A program made the translations under genes and the position numbers. The notes beneath the pieces are model-generated. The model was not told where the DNA came from, did not search any database, and saw only the letters and a list, made by a program, of their open reading frames with translations. From an uncultured Neglectibacter sp. (GTDB lineage Bacteria > Bacillota > Clostridia > Oscillospirales > Acutalibacteraceae), in the NCBI GenBank assembly GCA_947647615.1, contig CANSKS010000001.1, forward strand, positions 26,441 through 90,440: DNA of 64,000 nt, given 5' to 3'. Shown here piece by piece: positions 27,414-34,565 of the stretch; within the stretch, counting starts at the first letter, position 1; each line of letters opens with the position of its first letter.

Positions 27414-29840
27414 ATGCGTATTCAACACAACATTATGGCTATGAACGCCTACCGGAACTACAGCAACAACACCAGCGCCCTTTCCAAGAACCTGGAAAAG
27501 CTCTCTTCCGGCTACAAGATCAACCGCGCCGGTGACGACGCTGCCGGCCTGGCTATTTCCGAAAAAATGCGGGCCCAAATCACCGGTTTGGATGCTGCCA
27601 AGAAGAATGCCAAGGACGGCATCTCCCTGGTACAGACCGCCGAAGGCGCCCTCACCGAAGTACATGACATGTTAAACCGTATGGTATACCTGGCCAGCCA
27701 GTCCGCCAACGGCACCTACGATAGCACCGTGGACCGCGTACAGCTACAGAAGGAAGTGGAAGAGCTCCGCAAGGAGATCGACCGCATTGCCGATAGCGCT
27801 AACTTCAACGGCATTAAGCTGTTAAACGGCGACATGGATGGCGGCGGCACTGTTTCCACCATCAACGGTATCGACCGCATTCTGGAAGGCAGCAACGGCA
27901 AGGCTACCGGTAAGGGCGTTGCCGACGTTGGCACCAAGACTATTCTGGATGGCGGCGCTGCTGCCACCGATACCAAGACTAAGTTCGTCGTGGACTTCAC
28001 CGGCATGACCGCTTCCTTGAGCGCCGCTGGCGGCGGTGCTGGCGGCGGTACTGCTGCCAAGTTTGAGGCCGCAGGAACTCTGCCCACTGGCGTGAAGAGT
28101 GTGACCGGCACGGCCCCGGCGGACGCCGCTGACGGCGCCGTCAAGGCTGAGGTTACCTTTGCGGCTGCGGCTACGGGCGCGACTGTGACTGGCGAAGATG
28201 GTCTGACTGGCCTGACCTTCACCGATGGTGACAATTCGGGCAGCGTTGGCAATGGCATTAACATCAAAGTTGTGTATGACTCCACAGGGACAGAAGGCGC
28301 CGCTTGGGATCAGGCTTCCAAGACGGTTACTGTTACTCTGGACGGCACTGGCGGCACAGCTGGCGTTTACTCGGCATCCGACATTCAGACGATGATCCAG
28401 GCTGTTGGTGATCAGACTGGTGCTGATGGTATTGACTTCGCCTCGTTTACCGTAGCTGGAACCGGCACGGTTGATACAACTGCCGGCCTGACCGACGGCG
28501 ATGAGGTCGGCGCTGCCGCACTGGCTGGAGGTGCGGATGCTGGCGACGCGACTGTGACCCTGTCTGGCGGCATCGCTGGTACCGCAACTGTGAAGGCTGC
28601 CGATTGGACCGGCGACAAGGCTGTTACTATCAACGGCCTGACCGTTACCTTTGATACGACCGTTATCGACGCTACTAGCCCTCTGACCGCGACCGATATC
28701 GGCACCGCTACGGCGGCTGTAGCCGGTGGCGGTGCGGGAGGCGGCGGTACTGCTCCCACCGATGTCAAGTTCAGCGTCAAACTTAACGGCGAAGATCTCG
28801 CTACTGACGTTACAGTTGCTGATAAAGCGGACGCAAAGGCTATCGCGACGGCTGTTTTCAACGCGCTCAACGGTGGCACTGCTGTTGACATTGGCGTGGA
28901 CGGCGGCACCTACAAGGTTACCGATAATGGTGACGGTACTCTGACGTTCGAGCTGAACGAAGACCCTACCGAAGACAACATCAAGGGCAACTTCACTTGG
29001 GACATCGCTGTCGCGGACGGCGCTATTAACGGCGCTCATACCGGCGGTACCAAGGTTACCACTCCCGGTTCCGTGGCTTCCGCGGCCATGACCGCCAACA
29101 CCGTGTTCGAGATCAAGCAGAGCGACCTCACCGACGGTACCGAAATCACCCTGAACGGCACAACGGTTAAGCTGGCTGTTGGCAAAGATAGCAAACTGAC
29201 CGGAACCGGCGTTGTGGACCTGAAAGATTTTGAGGCTGGCACTGTGGATATTGATATCGCGTTGGGCCGCATTTCCCAGGCCATGGGCGACACGAAAGAG
29301 TTCATCGTGGGCGTTAACAATCAGGGCGCCGATACCACCAAGGGCCTGACCGTTCAGAGCAAGGGCGGCACCAACTACGATACCATTCAGAAGCTGGCCG
29401 AGCAGTTCTCCATTAAAACCAAGAGCGCTGTTGACCCCAGCAAGGGCCTTACCCTGCAGATCGGCGATACCGCCGATTCCTATAACCAGCTGAAGGTGAG
29501 CATTCAGGATATGCATGCCGAAAAGCTGGGCATCGGCTCCATTGATATCAGCTCCCAGACCGGCGCTGCCAGCGCGATAGATGCGATTAAAGCGGCTATT
29601 AACAAGGTTTCCGATGTACGTGGTACCTTGGGCGCCACCCAGAACCGCTTGGATCACACCATCAACAACTTGAGCGTCATGGCCGAAAACATTCAGGACG
29701 CCGAGTCCACCATCCGCGATACCGATATCGCCGACGAAATGATGGCTTACACCAAGAATAACATCCTCATCCAGTCCGCCCAAGCCATGCTGGCCCAGGC
29801 GAACCAGGTGCCTCAGGGTGTGTTACAGCTCCTCCAGTAA
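27414..29840 (+). CDS. fliC: Flagellin (unusually long, ~808 aa, with a ~540-aa Thr/Gly/Ala/Asp-rich central region)
   Basis: N-terminal 'MRIQHNIMAMNAYRN...INRAGDDAAGLAISEKMR...LVQTAEGAL' and C-terminal 'GATQNRLDHTINNL...IADEMMAYTKNNILIQSAQAMLAQANQVPQGVLQLLQ'. The ORF track starts at 27228, but GGAGGA precedes ATG 27414. Confidence 0.9.
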   Translation: MRIQHNIMAMNAYRNYSNNTSALSKNLEKLSSGYKINRAGDDAAGLAISEKMRAQITGLDAAKKNAKDGISLVQTAEGALTEVHDMLNRMVYLASQSANGTYDSTVDRVQLQKEVEELRKEIDRIADSANFNGIKLLNGDMDGGGTVSTINGIDRILEGSNGKATGKGVADVGTKTILDGGAAATDTKTKFVVDFTGMTASLSAAGGGAGGGTAAKFEAAGTLPTGVKSVTGTAPADAADGAVKAEVTFAAAATGATVTGEDGLTGLTFTDGDNSGSVGNGINIKVVYDSTGTEGAAWDQASKTVTVTLDGTGGTAGVYSASDIQTMIQAVGDQTGADGIDFASFTVAGTGTVDTTAGLTDGDEVGAAALAGGADAGDATVTLSGGIAGTATVKAADWTGDKAVTINGLTVTFDTTVIDATSPLTATDIGTATAAVAGGGAGGGGTAPTDVKFSVKLNGEDLATDVTVADKADAKAIATAVFNALNGGTAVDIGVDGGTYKVTDNGDGTLTFELNEDPTEDNIKGNFTWDIAVADGAINGAHTGGTKVTTPGSVASAAMTANTVFEIKQSDLTDGTEITLNGTTVKLAVGKDSKLTGTGVVDLKDFEAGTVDIDIALGRISQAMGDTKEFIVGVNNQGADTTKGLTVQSKGGTNYDTIQKLAEQFSIKTKSAVDPSKGLTLQIGDTADSYNQLKVSIQDMHAEKLGIGSIDISSQTGAASAIDAIKAAINKVSDVRGTLGATQNRLDHTINNLSVMAENIQDAESTIRDTDIADEMMAYTKNNILIQSAQAMLAQANQVPQGVLQLLQ

Positions 29841-30005
29841 TTGATGAGCTTCCAAATACTGCTGTAGCTGTCTAGTCTGGGACAGCATGGCCGGGGTCCC
29901 CACAGGAACGAAGTTCCTGTGGGGAGAGGAGGAACTGCCCGTAAAACGAAGCCGGGCTTTGCGCAAGCAAGGCCCAGCGAGTTCCCAAGGGCGCGTTCCG
30001 ACGAG

Positions 30006-30053
30006 GCCCAGGCGAACCAGGTTCCTCAGGGCGTTCTGCAGCTCTTACAGTAA
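30006..30053 (+). pseudogene. Relic of a second flagellin gene 3' end
   Basis: Encodes AQANQVPQGVLQLLQ*, identical to the last 15 residues of the flagellin at 27414-29840. With the preceding G (30005-30053), 42 of 49 nt are identical, and all 7 differences are synonymous. No upstream flagellin coding sequence remains. Confidence 0.65.
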
Positions 30054-30199
30054 GCTTAACGTTTCTGCTGGCTTACGGCTACCCCTTTAACCGGAAAAAA
30101 ACGTGAGTTTTTTTCCGGAGAGGAGAGACCGTCCGACGGGTGAAATCGTGCTTTGCGAAAACAGAGCACGATGAGCCTCAAGGACGAGTCACGACGAAG

Positions 30200-30223
30200 G
30201 GTGTTCTGCAGCTTCTCCAGTAA
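30200..30223 (+). pseudogene. Relic of a third flagellin gene 3' end
   Basis: Encodes GVLQLLQ* using a third set of synonymous codons (GGT GTT CTG CAG CTT CTC CAG TAA). The flank after TAA (TTCGGGAAGCTTCAAATT) resembles the flank after the intact gene (TTGATGAGCTTCCAAATA). Confidence 0.5.
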
Positions 30224-30268
30224 TTCGGGAAGCTTCAAATTTTGTAACGCAAAGACATAATTTCACAG

Positions 30269-30290
30269 GGGGCGGGCTTTTGCCCGCCCC
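30269..30290 (+). terminator. GC-rich hairpin terminator candidate closing the flagellin region
   Basis: GGGGCGGGC (30269-30277), TTTT loop, GCCCGCCCC (30282-30290). The downstream T-run is weak (TTACCTGTTTT). Confidence 0.5.
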
Positions 30291-30317
30291 TTACCTGTTT
30301 TAAAGGAGAGTATACCT

Positions 30318-31547
30318 GTGAAGGAAGAAAAAATAGAGCTTCCCATTCGCTCGGCACTTATCCCAAACTTTTACCAGAACTTCCATTGCCTGGCCCAAGC
30401 TTGCAAAGACAGCTGCTGTATGGGCTGGAATATTACCTTTGACAAAAAAGACTATCTGCGTCTTCGCCGCCTGGACGCCCCGGAAGAGCTGAAGGCTCGG
30501 TTGGAACAAAACGTGCGCCGGGAACGGAAAACAGATCACGAGGGCATTTTTTATGCTAAGTTCGACCTGGACTCCAATAATGGCCGCTGCCCTTTTTTGA
30601 ACGCAGAGGGCCTGTGCGATATCCAGTGCACCTGCGGCCACGAAGCCTTGCCCCTGGTTTGCACAAGCTATCCCAGGAAGACAGTTTATTCCTACGCTGC
30701 CAAGGAGTATACCCTTTCCCCTTCCTGCGAAGGGGTTTTGCAGCAGCTTTGGGATTTGCCAAATGGAATAGAGTTTGTGGAAGACCCTTTGCCCAAAGCG
30801 GATTACGGAAAGGTAAGTGTTGTCCCTGGCGAAAGCCTTGGCCTTTACTTTACACCCATTCGGGAAATGTGTATCGATCTTCTGCAAAACCGTGCCCTGC
30901 CCCTCACCCAGCGGATGCTTTCCCTGGGTCTGGTGCTTCAGCGGCTGCAAAAGGAAGACTGGGCCGCCTTCCAGCCAGACCTTTGGGAGCGGCAGACCGC
31001 TGCCCTGGCAGCGGAAAACAGCCTTTCGGAGATCCCCGGCAACCGCCAGCTGTACCTAGTACAGAATATTCGGGTGCTGGATACCATTTCTGCCCAGGAA
31101 AAGGAGTGGCCGAATCACCTTTCTTCCGCTTTGGAGGTAGAGGGGAGGGGAACTCTCGGTTCGCAAAATGCCAAGCTTACCTTCAGCTTCTCCATAGAAG
31201 CCTACGAAAGGGCCTTGGAAAGGTTCCAGGAAGCCTTTTCCGGCCGGGAATATTTCTTTGAAAACCTGATGGTGGCCGTGGCTCTTTACCTGGGCTTCCC
31301 CAACCTGAACAGCCGGGAAGACCTTTGGAAGAGCTATGTTTCCCTATGCAGCCTCTATAGCTTTTACCGGTTTGTAGCGGTGTTAGGCTGCGCCCAGGAG
31401 GCCACGAAAGAAAAGCTTTTCCATTACCTGGTCATGGCCAGCCGGGCCACCCTGCACAACCGCCAGCGCTTCCAGGGCTTCCAGGAGGAGCTGTTCCAGC
31501 ACGAAAGCTCCTCCCTTGCCCACATGGCCATTCTTTTGAAGGGGTAA
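30318..31547 (+). CDS. fliB: FliB-like flagellin lysine-N-methylase (Cys-rich YkgJ-type)
   Basis: 409 aa. N-terminal 'FHCLAQACKDSCCMGWNITFDKKDYLRL' and 'GRCPFLNAEGLCDIQ...LPLVCTSYPR' match the FliB methylase Cys pattern. GTG start 8 nt after AAAGGAGAG. Adjacent to the flagellin gene. Confidence 0.65.
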   Translation: MKEEKIELPIRSALIPNFYQNFHCLAQACKDSCCMGWNITFDKKDYLRLRRLDAPEELKARLEQNVRRERKTDHEGIFYAKFDLDSNNGRCPFLNAEGLCDIQCTCGHEALPLVCTSYPRKTVYSYAAKEYTLSPSCEGVLQQLWDLPNGIEFVEDPLPKADYGKVSVVPGESLGLYFTPIREMCIDLLQNRALPLTQRMLSLGLVLQRLQKEDWAAFQPDLWERQTAALAAENSLSEIPGNRQLYLVQNIRVLDTISAQEKEWPNHLSSALEVEGRGTLGSQNAKLTFSFSIEAYERALERFQEAFSGREYFFENLMVAVALYLGFPNLNSREDLWKSYVSLCSLYSFYRFVAVLGCAQEATKEKLFHYLVMASRATLHNRQRFQGFQEELFQHESSSLAHMAILLKG

Positions 31548-31564
31548 GCAATACGAACATATTT

Positions 31565-31596
31565 CCCACCCGGCCTGGAGGCGGCGGGTGGGTTTT
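31565..31596 (+). terminator. Terminator candidate after the fliB-like gene
   Basis: CCCACCCG (31565-31572) / CCGGGTGGG-type 3' arm CGGGTGGG (31585-31592), followed by TTTT. A second 10-bp hairpin, ACGCAAAGAG (31612-31621) / CTCTTTGCGT (31651-31660), is followed by a T-rich run. Confidence 0.55.
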
Positions 31597-32064
31597 CCAA
31601 AGCTTGCCCATGACGCAAAGAGGAATCACTGCCTTTGCCGGGAACTTCTACTCTTTGCGTTTTCCTTTTTTCTTTTAGAAGGGGGCTTATGCCCCCTTCT
31701 ACTCCCAGCCCTTCGAGATAACTTTCTTTAAGCTTCGGGCACGCCCTCTCCGTCACGGCTACGCCGCGTCACCTCTCCCTGAAAGGGAATGCTTTCCTGG
31801 GGAAAGCATAGGGCAAGATGCGAGCCTTCACTTGGCTCCCCCCTTGGGGGAGCTGGATCGCGTAGCGAGACTGAGAGGGCCATTGCACAATAGCAACAGG
31901 ACGGGGGCTTGTGCGTTTTCCTTTCGGGAACTCTCCCGGAAGGAAGTAAAGGAGTGAAAAACGGGCTTGAAAACCCACATGTTGGCCACCCACAGGAAAA
32001 TATCTTCCTGGGTCTGCAATTTTTTTGAAAAAAGGGCACATACTCTTTTTACAAAAAGGAGGAT

Positions 32065-33543
32065 GTGCCCTTGGAATATTCTTTTTCCCATTTTTGCTTT
32101 TGCAGCCAAACCGGTTACCAAACCTTAAAGGTTTTTACCGATCTTTGTGCCGACGCGGGGCGTGGTTACGAATTTCCGGAATGCCGCCTTCCCTATGGAT
32201 GCATGCCCGCGGTTTCCACCTTGGGTCTGGGCCGGAAAAAGGGCCAATATCTCCTTTATTTCCGGCCTTCGGTGCAATACCGGGGAGAAAGTAAGGCCCT
32301 TGCCCAGTTCTTTCGAAGCTCCCGCCTTTATCCCAGCTTCGAAGACCTTTGTGCCAGCCTTCAAGCCCTCGCCGGGGAATTTTTACCCTCGAAAAATGGA
32401 AAGGCCTCTCCCGCTCCAGCTCCTCAGCCGGCCCCCAGGGCCGCCGCAGAGCAAAAGGAGGCCCCGGCTTTGTCTTACCCGGACCTGCTCAAGGCCCTGC
32501 AGGAGCTGGTTTTGGGCCAGGAGCAGGCCGTGGAAGCGGTAGCTTTTAAACTATACGGGCATATCGGGAAAAGCCAGCCTGCCCGGCCCCTTTCTTTAAT
32601 TTTTTACGGGCCTACCGGCGTGGGAAAATCGGAGCTGGGCAAGGGCTTAGCCGGTGTTTTGAACCGCCAGCAGGCGGAAAAGCAATACCAGTTTATTTGG
32701 ACAGAACTAAATACCTTTACCGAACCCCACTCTGTTTACCGCCTGACCGGTTCGCCTCCCGGTTATGTGGGCTACGAAGACCAGCCTGTTTTAGAGGCTG
32801 TGCGCAGGAACCCCTGCACTGTCTTTATGTTTGACGAGCTGGAAAAGGCCCACCCGGAGGTTTTAAAGATATTCATGTCCATTTTAGATGAAGGCCGCTG
32901 CTCCGCTCGGAAGGAAGATGCCAACGGCTGCCGGGAACTGGATTTCCGGCAATGCGTTTTCCTGTTCACCACCAATTCCGACCTTTCTAAAGCGGAAAGC
33001 TCCACCCTGGGTTTTTCTCCTTCTCCGGCAGCTTCCCCGCCTCCGGCGGAACCTGCTTTTCCTGACGGCGGTACCATGGCTCAGCTGGCAAAAAGGCTTT
33101 TCCAACAGGATGAAACCGGCCGCCGGGCCCTGGTACGCTGCGGAGCTTTAAAAGAGATCGCCGGACGTTTTAGCGGAATTATCGGTTTTCAGCCCCTGGA
33201 TGCCCAAACAAGGGTTGCTATTACCTCCCGGCAGATCATTTCTCTCGGGAAGGAATATGGCCTGCACATCACCCAAGTGGCTCCGGAAATAGCAGAGGCC
33301 CTCACACCTGAGGAAGCCTTATCGGCACGTTCTTCCATCAGCGTGTTAGAGGGCGCTCTCACTTCTCTGTTTTTGGCGGCCAAAGACCTTCGTCACCGGC
33401 AGCTAAAATTGCTGGGCACGGTTTCTAACCTGAGGCTTGTGCCTTTTGGCTTTATTTTGCCCCAAGAAACTCCCCCTGCCGCAAAGCCTTATTCCTTGTC
33501 CAATACCCTTGAAACTTCGCCAGTACTTTCTTCTATGCGGTAA
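32065..33543 (+). CDS. Orphan Clp/Hsp100 D2-like AAA+ ATPase with an unknown N-terminal domain
   Basis: 'LVLGQEQAVEAV', Walker A 'FYGPTGVGKSELGK', 'LTGSPPGYVGYED', and Walker B 'VFMFDELEKAHPEVLKIFMSILDEG'. The N-terminal ~150 aa and a Pro/Ala linker are unassigned. The start is uncertain; TTG 32071 has the best spacing to AAGGAGG. Confidence 0.75.
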   Translation: MPLEYSFSHFCFCSQTGYQTLKVFTDLCADAGRGYEFPECRLPYGCMPAVSTLGLGRKKGQYLLYFRPSVQYRGESKALAQFFRSSRLYPSFEDLCASLQALAGEFLPSKNGKASPAPAPQPAPRAAAEQKEAPALSYPDLLKALQELVLGQEQAVEAVAFKLYGHIGKSQPARPLSLIFYGPTGVGKSELGKGLAGVLNRQQAEKQYQFIWTELNTFTEPHSVYRLTGSPPGYVGYEDQPVLEAVRRNPCTVFMFDELEKAHPEVLKIFMSILDEGRCSARKEDANGCRELDFRQCVFLFTTNSDLSKAESSTLGFSPSPAASPPPAEPAFPDGGTMAQLAKRLFQQDETGRRALVRCGALKEIAGRFSGIIGFQPLDAQTRVAITSRQIISLGKEYGLHITQVAPEIAEALTPEEALSARSSISVLEGALTSLFLAAKDLRHRQLKLLGTVSNLRLVPFGFILPQETPPAAKPYSLSNTLETSPVLSSMR

Positions 33544-34565
33544 AGGTTTCCTACACCGTCGATGAGGAAGGTGGCCTCTACGGCGTTGGTGCCGGCAGGG
33601 TTATCCTTACTGAACACCCTAATCTGCATGCAGGGCTCATCATTTATCATAACAGAGCCCGTCATAGAATACACGGAATATTCCTCCATGCTCTCCCCTT
33701 CCAGGCCCAGCTGCCCAGGCTCAAGGCTGGCCACATAGTCAATGGCTTCCAGCTCCGTCATAGGCGTAAGGTAGGGATTGGTATAAACAGAGTTGTTTTC
33801 CTTGGGCGGCAGCTCCTTAATGGCGCCATGGGCCAATCCCACAGTGATGGCACAGCGGGTGGGAGCCCATTCCGCCCGAAGGGAAATGATCTCGTCTCCT
33901 TTTCCGGTAGCACGGGCCAGGTGGGCACTGCCCGTTTCCGCGCTGAAATCCGGCATTTCTACTTCCTCGAAATTATCGTTTACAAAGAAATACCGCAGAG
34001 TAATTGTCTTTGTGGTTTTCTCTCCTTCGCTGCTCTCCGAAGCGCCACTTTCCGGCTCACTGGTCTCCTCTTTGCCGCTCTCCGAAGCGCCGCTTTCCGG
34101 CTTACTGGTCTCCTCTTCGCTGCTTTCCGAAGCGCCGCTTTCCGGCTCACTGGTCTCCTCTTCGCTACTCTCCGAAGCGCCGCTTTCCGGCTGGCTGGTC
34201 TCCTCTTCGCCGCTTTCCGGCTGGCTCCCGGCTTCGGCAGTGCTTTCCTCTTCGTCACTTACCTCTACTTCTATTCTTTCCGCCAGCAGATCTGCCGCGT
34301 AAGCTTTTACCAACTCATTGGCATTTTCCAGCCCCTCATAAATGTATTGCCGGGTAGTTTCCAAAGTCACCGTAGTTCCCTCCGGGACGGTGATCGCCGC
34401 AATTTCCTCGTCGCTTGCCGGGTAAACCGTGGGCAAGGCCATAGCTTCTTCCTCCCCACCGCCACATCCGGAAAGGAGCCCCATGCAGAGCAGCCCCGCA
34501 AGACCAGCCGCGAAAATTTGCTTCCATCTGTTTTGTTTTCTTACAGTTCCGCTTTTATTCTTCAA
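33489..34565 (-). CDS. Lipoprotein with acidic 15-aa tandem repeats
   Basis: Signal peptide with lipobox 'LLSGC'. Central 'EETSEPESGASESSE' repeats. Its start overlaps the upstream FtsA-like gene by 11 nt. Confidence 0.7.
   Translation of the reverse strand: MKNKSGTVRKQNRWKQIFAAGLAGLLCMGLLSGCGGGEEEAMALPTVYPASDEEIAAITVPEGTTVTLETTRQYIYEGLENANELVKAYAADLLAERIEVEVSDEEESTAEAGSQPESGEEETSQPESGASESSEEETSEPESGASESSEEETSKPESGASESGKEETSEPESGASESSEGEKTTKTITLRYFFVNDNFEEVEMPDFSAETGSAHLARATGKGDEIISLRAEWAPTRCAITVGLAHGAIKELPPKENNSVYTNPYLTPMTELEAIDYVASLEPGQLGLEGESMEEYSVYSMTGSVMINDEPCMQIRVFSKDNPAGTNAVEATFLIDGVGNLYRIEESTGEVSRVLDKE
34020..34230 (-). repeat. Tandem 45-nt (15-codon) coding repeat, ~4.5 copies
   Basis: The motif TCCGAAGCGCC recurs at 34036, 34081, 34126 and 34171 (period 45 nt). 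It encodes the (E)ETS(E/K/Q)PESGASES(S/G)(E/K) units. Confidence 0.8.

Noticed and set aside
27822-29783. 653-aa minus-strand ORF covering the flagellin gene.
   Set aside because: It is antisense to an unmistakable flagellin. It is Gly/Ala/Ser-rich without motifs, an artefact of the GC-rich central region.
31612-31660. Possible GEMM-I c-di-GMP riboswitch, because of 'GACGCAAAGAGG'.
   Set aside because: Only one short motif resembles the GEMM consensus (GACGCAAAGCC). The partner 'GGCAAACC' element and the two-hairpin architecture are absent. The segment is better explained as a terminator hairpin with a T-rich tail.
31728-32121. Three overlapping ~100-aa minus-strand ORFs in the fliB-AAA+ intergenic region.
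   Set aside because: All three frames are open only because the region is stop-poor. There is no SD and no domain motif, and the translations are Pro/Arg/Ser-rich. The region is treated as non-coding structured DNA instead.
33489-33543. 55-nt overlap of the convergent 3' ends of the AAA+ gene and the lipoprotein gene.
   Set aside because: It is unusual but not informative by itself. Both ORFs have good domain or signal evidence upstream, and the overlap only involves unconserved-looking tails. It could reflect a slightly earlier true stop through sequencing error, which cannot be judged here.
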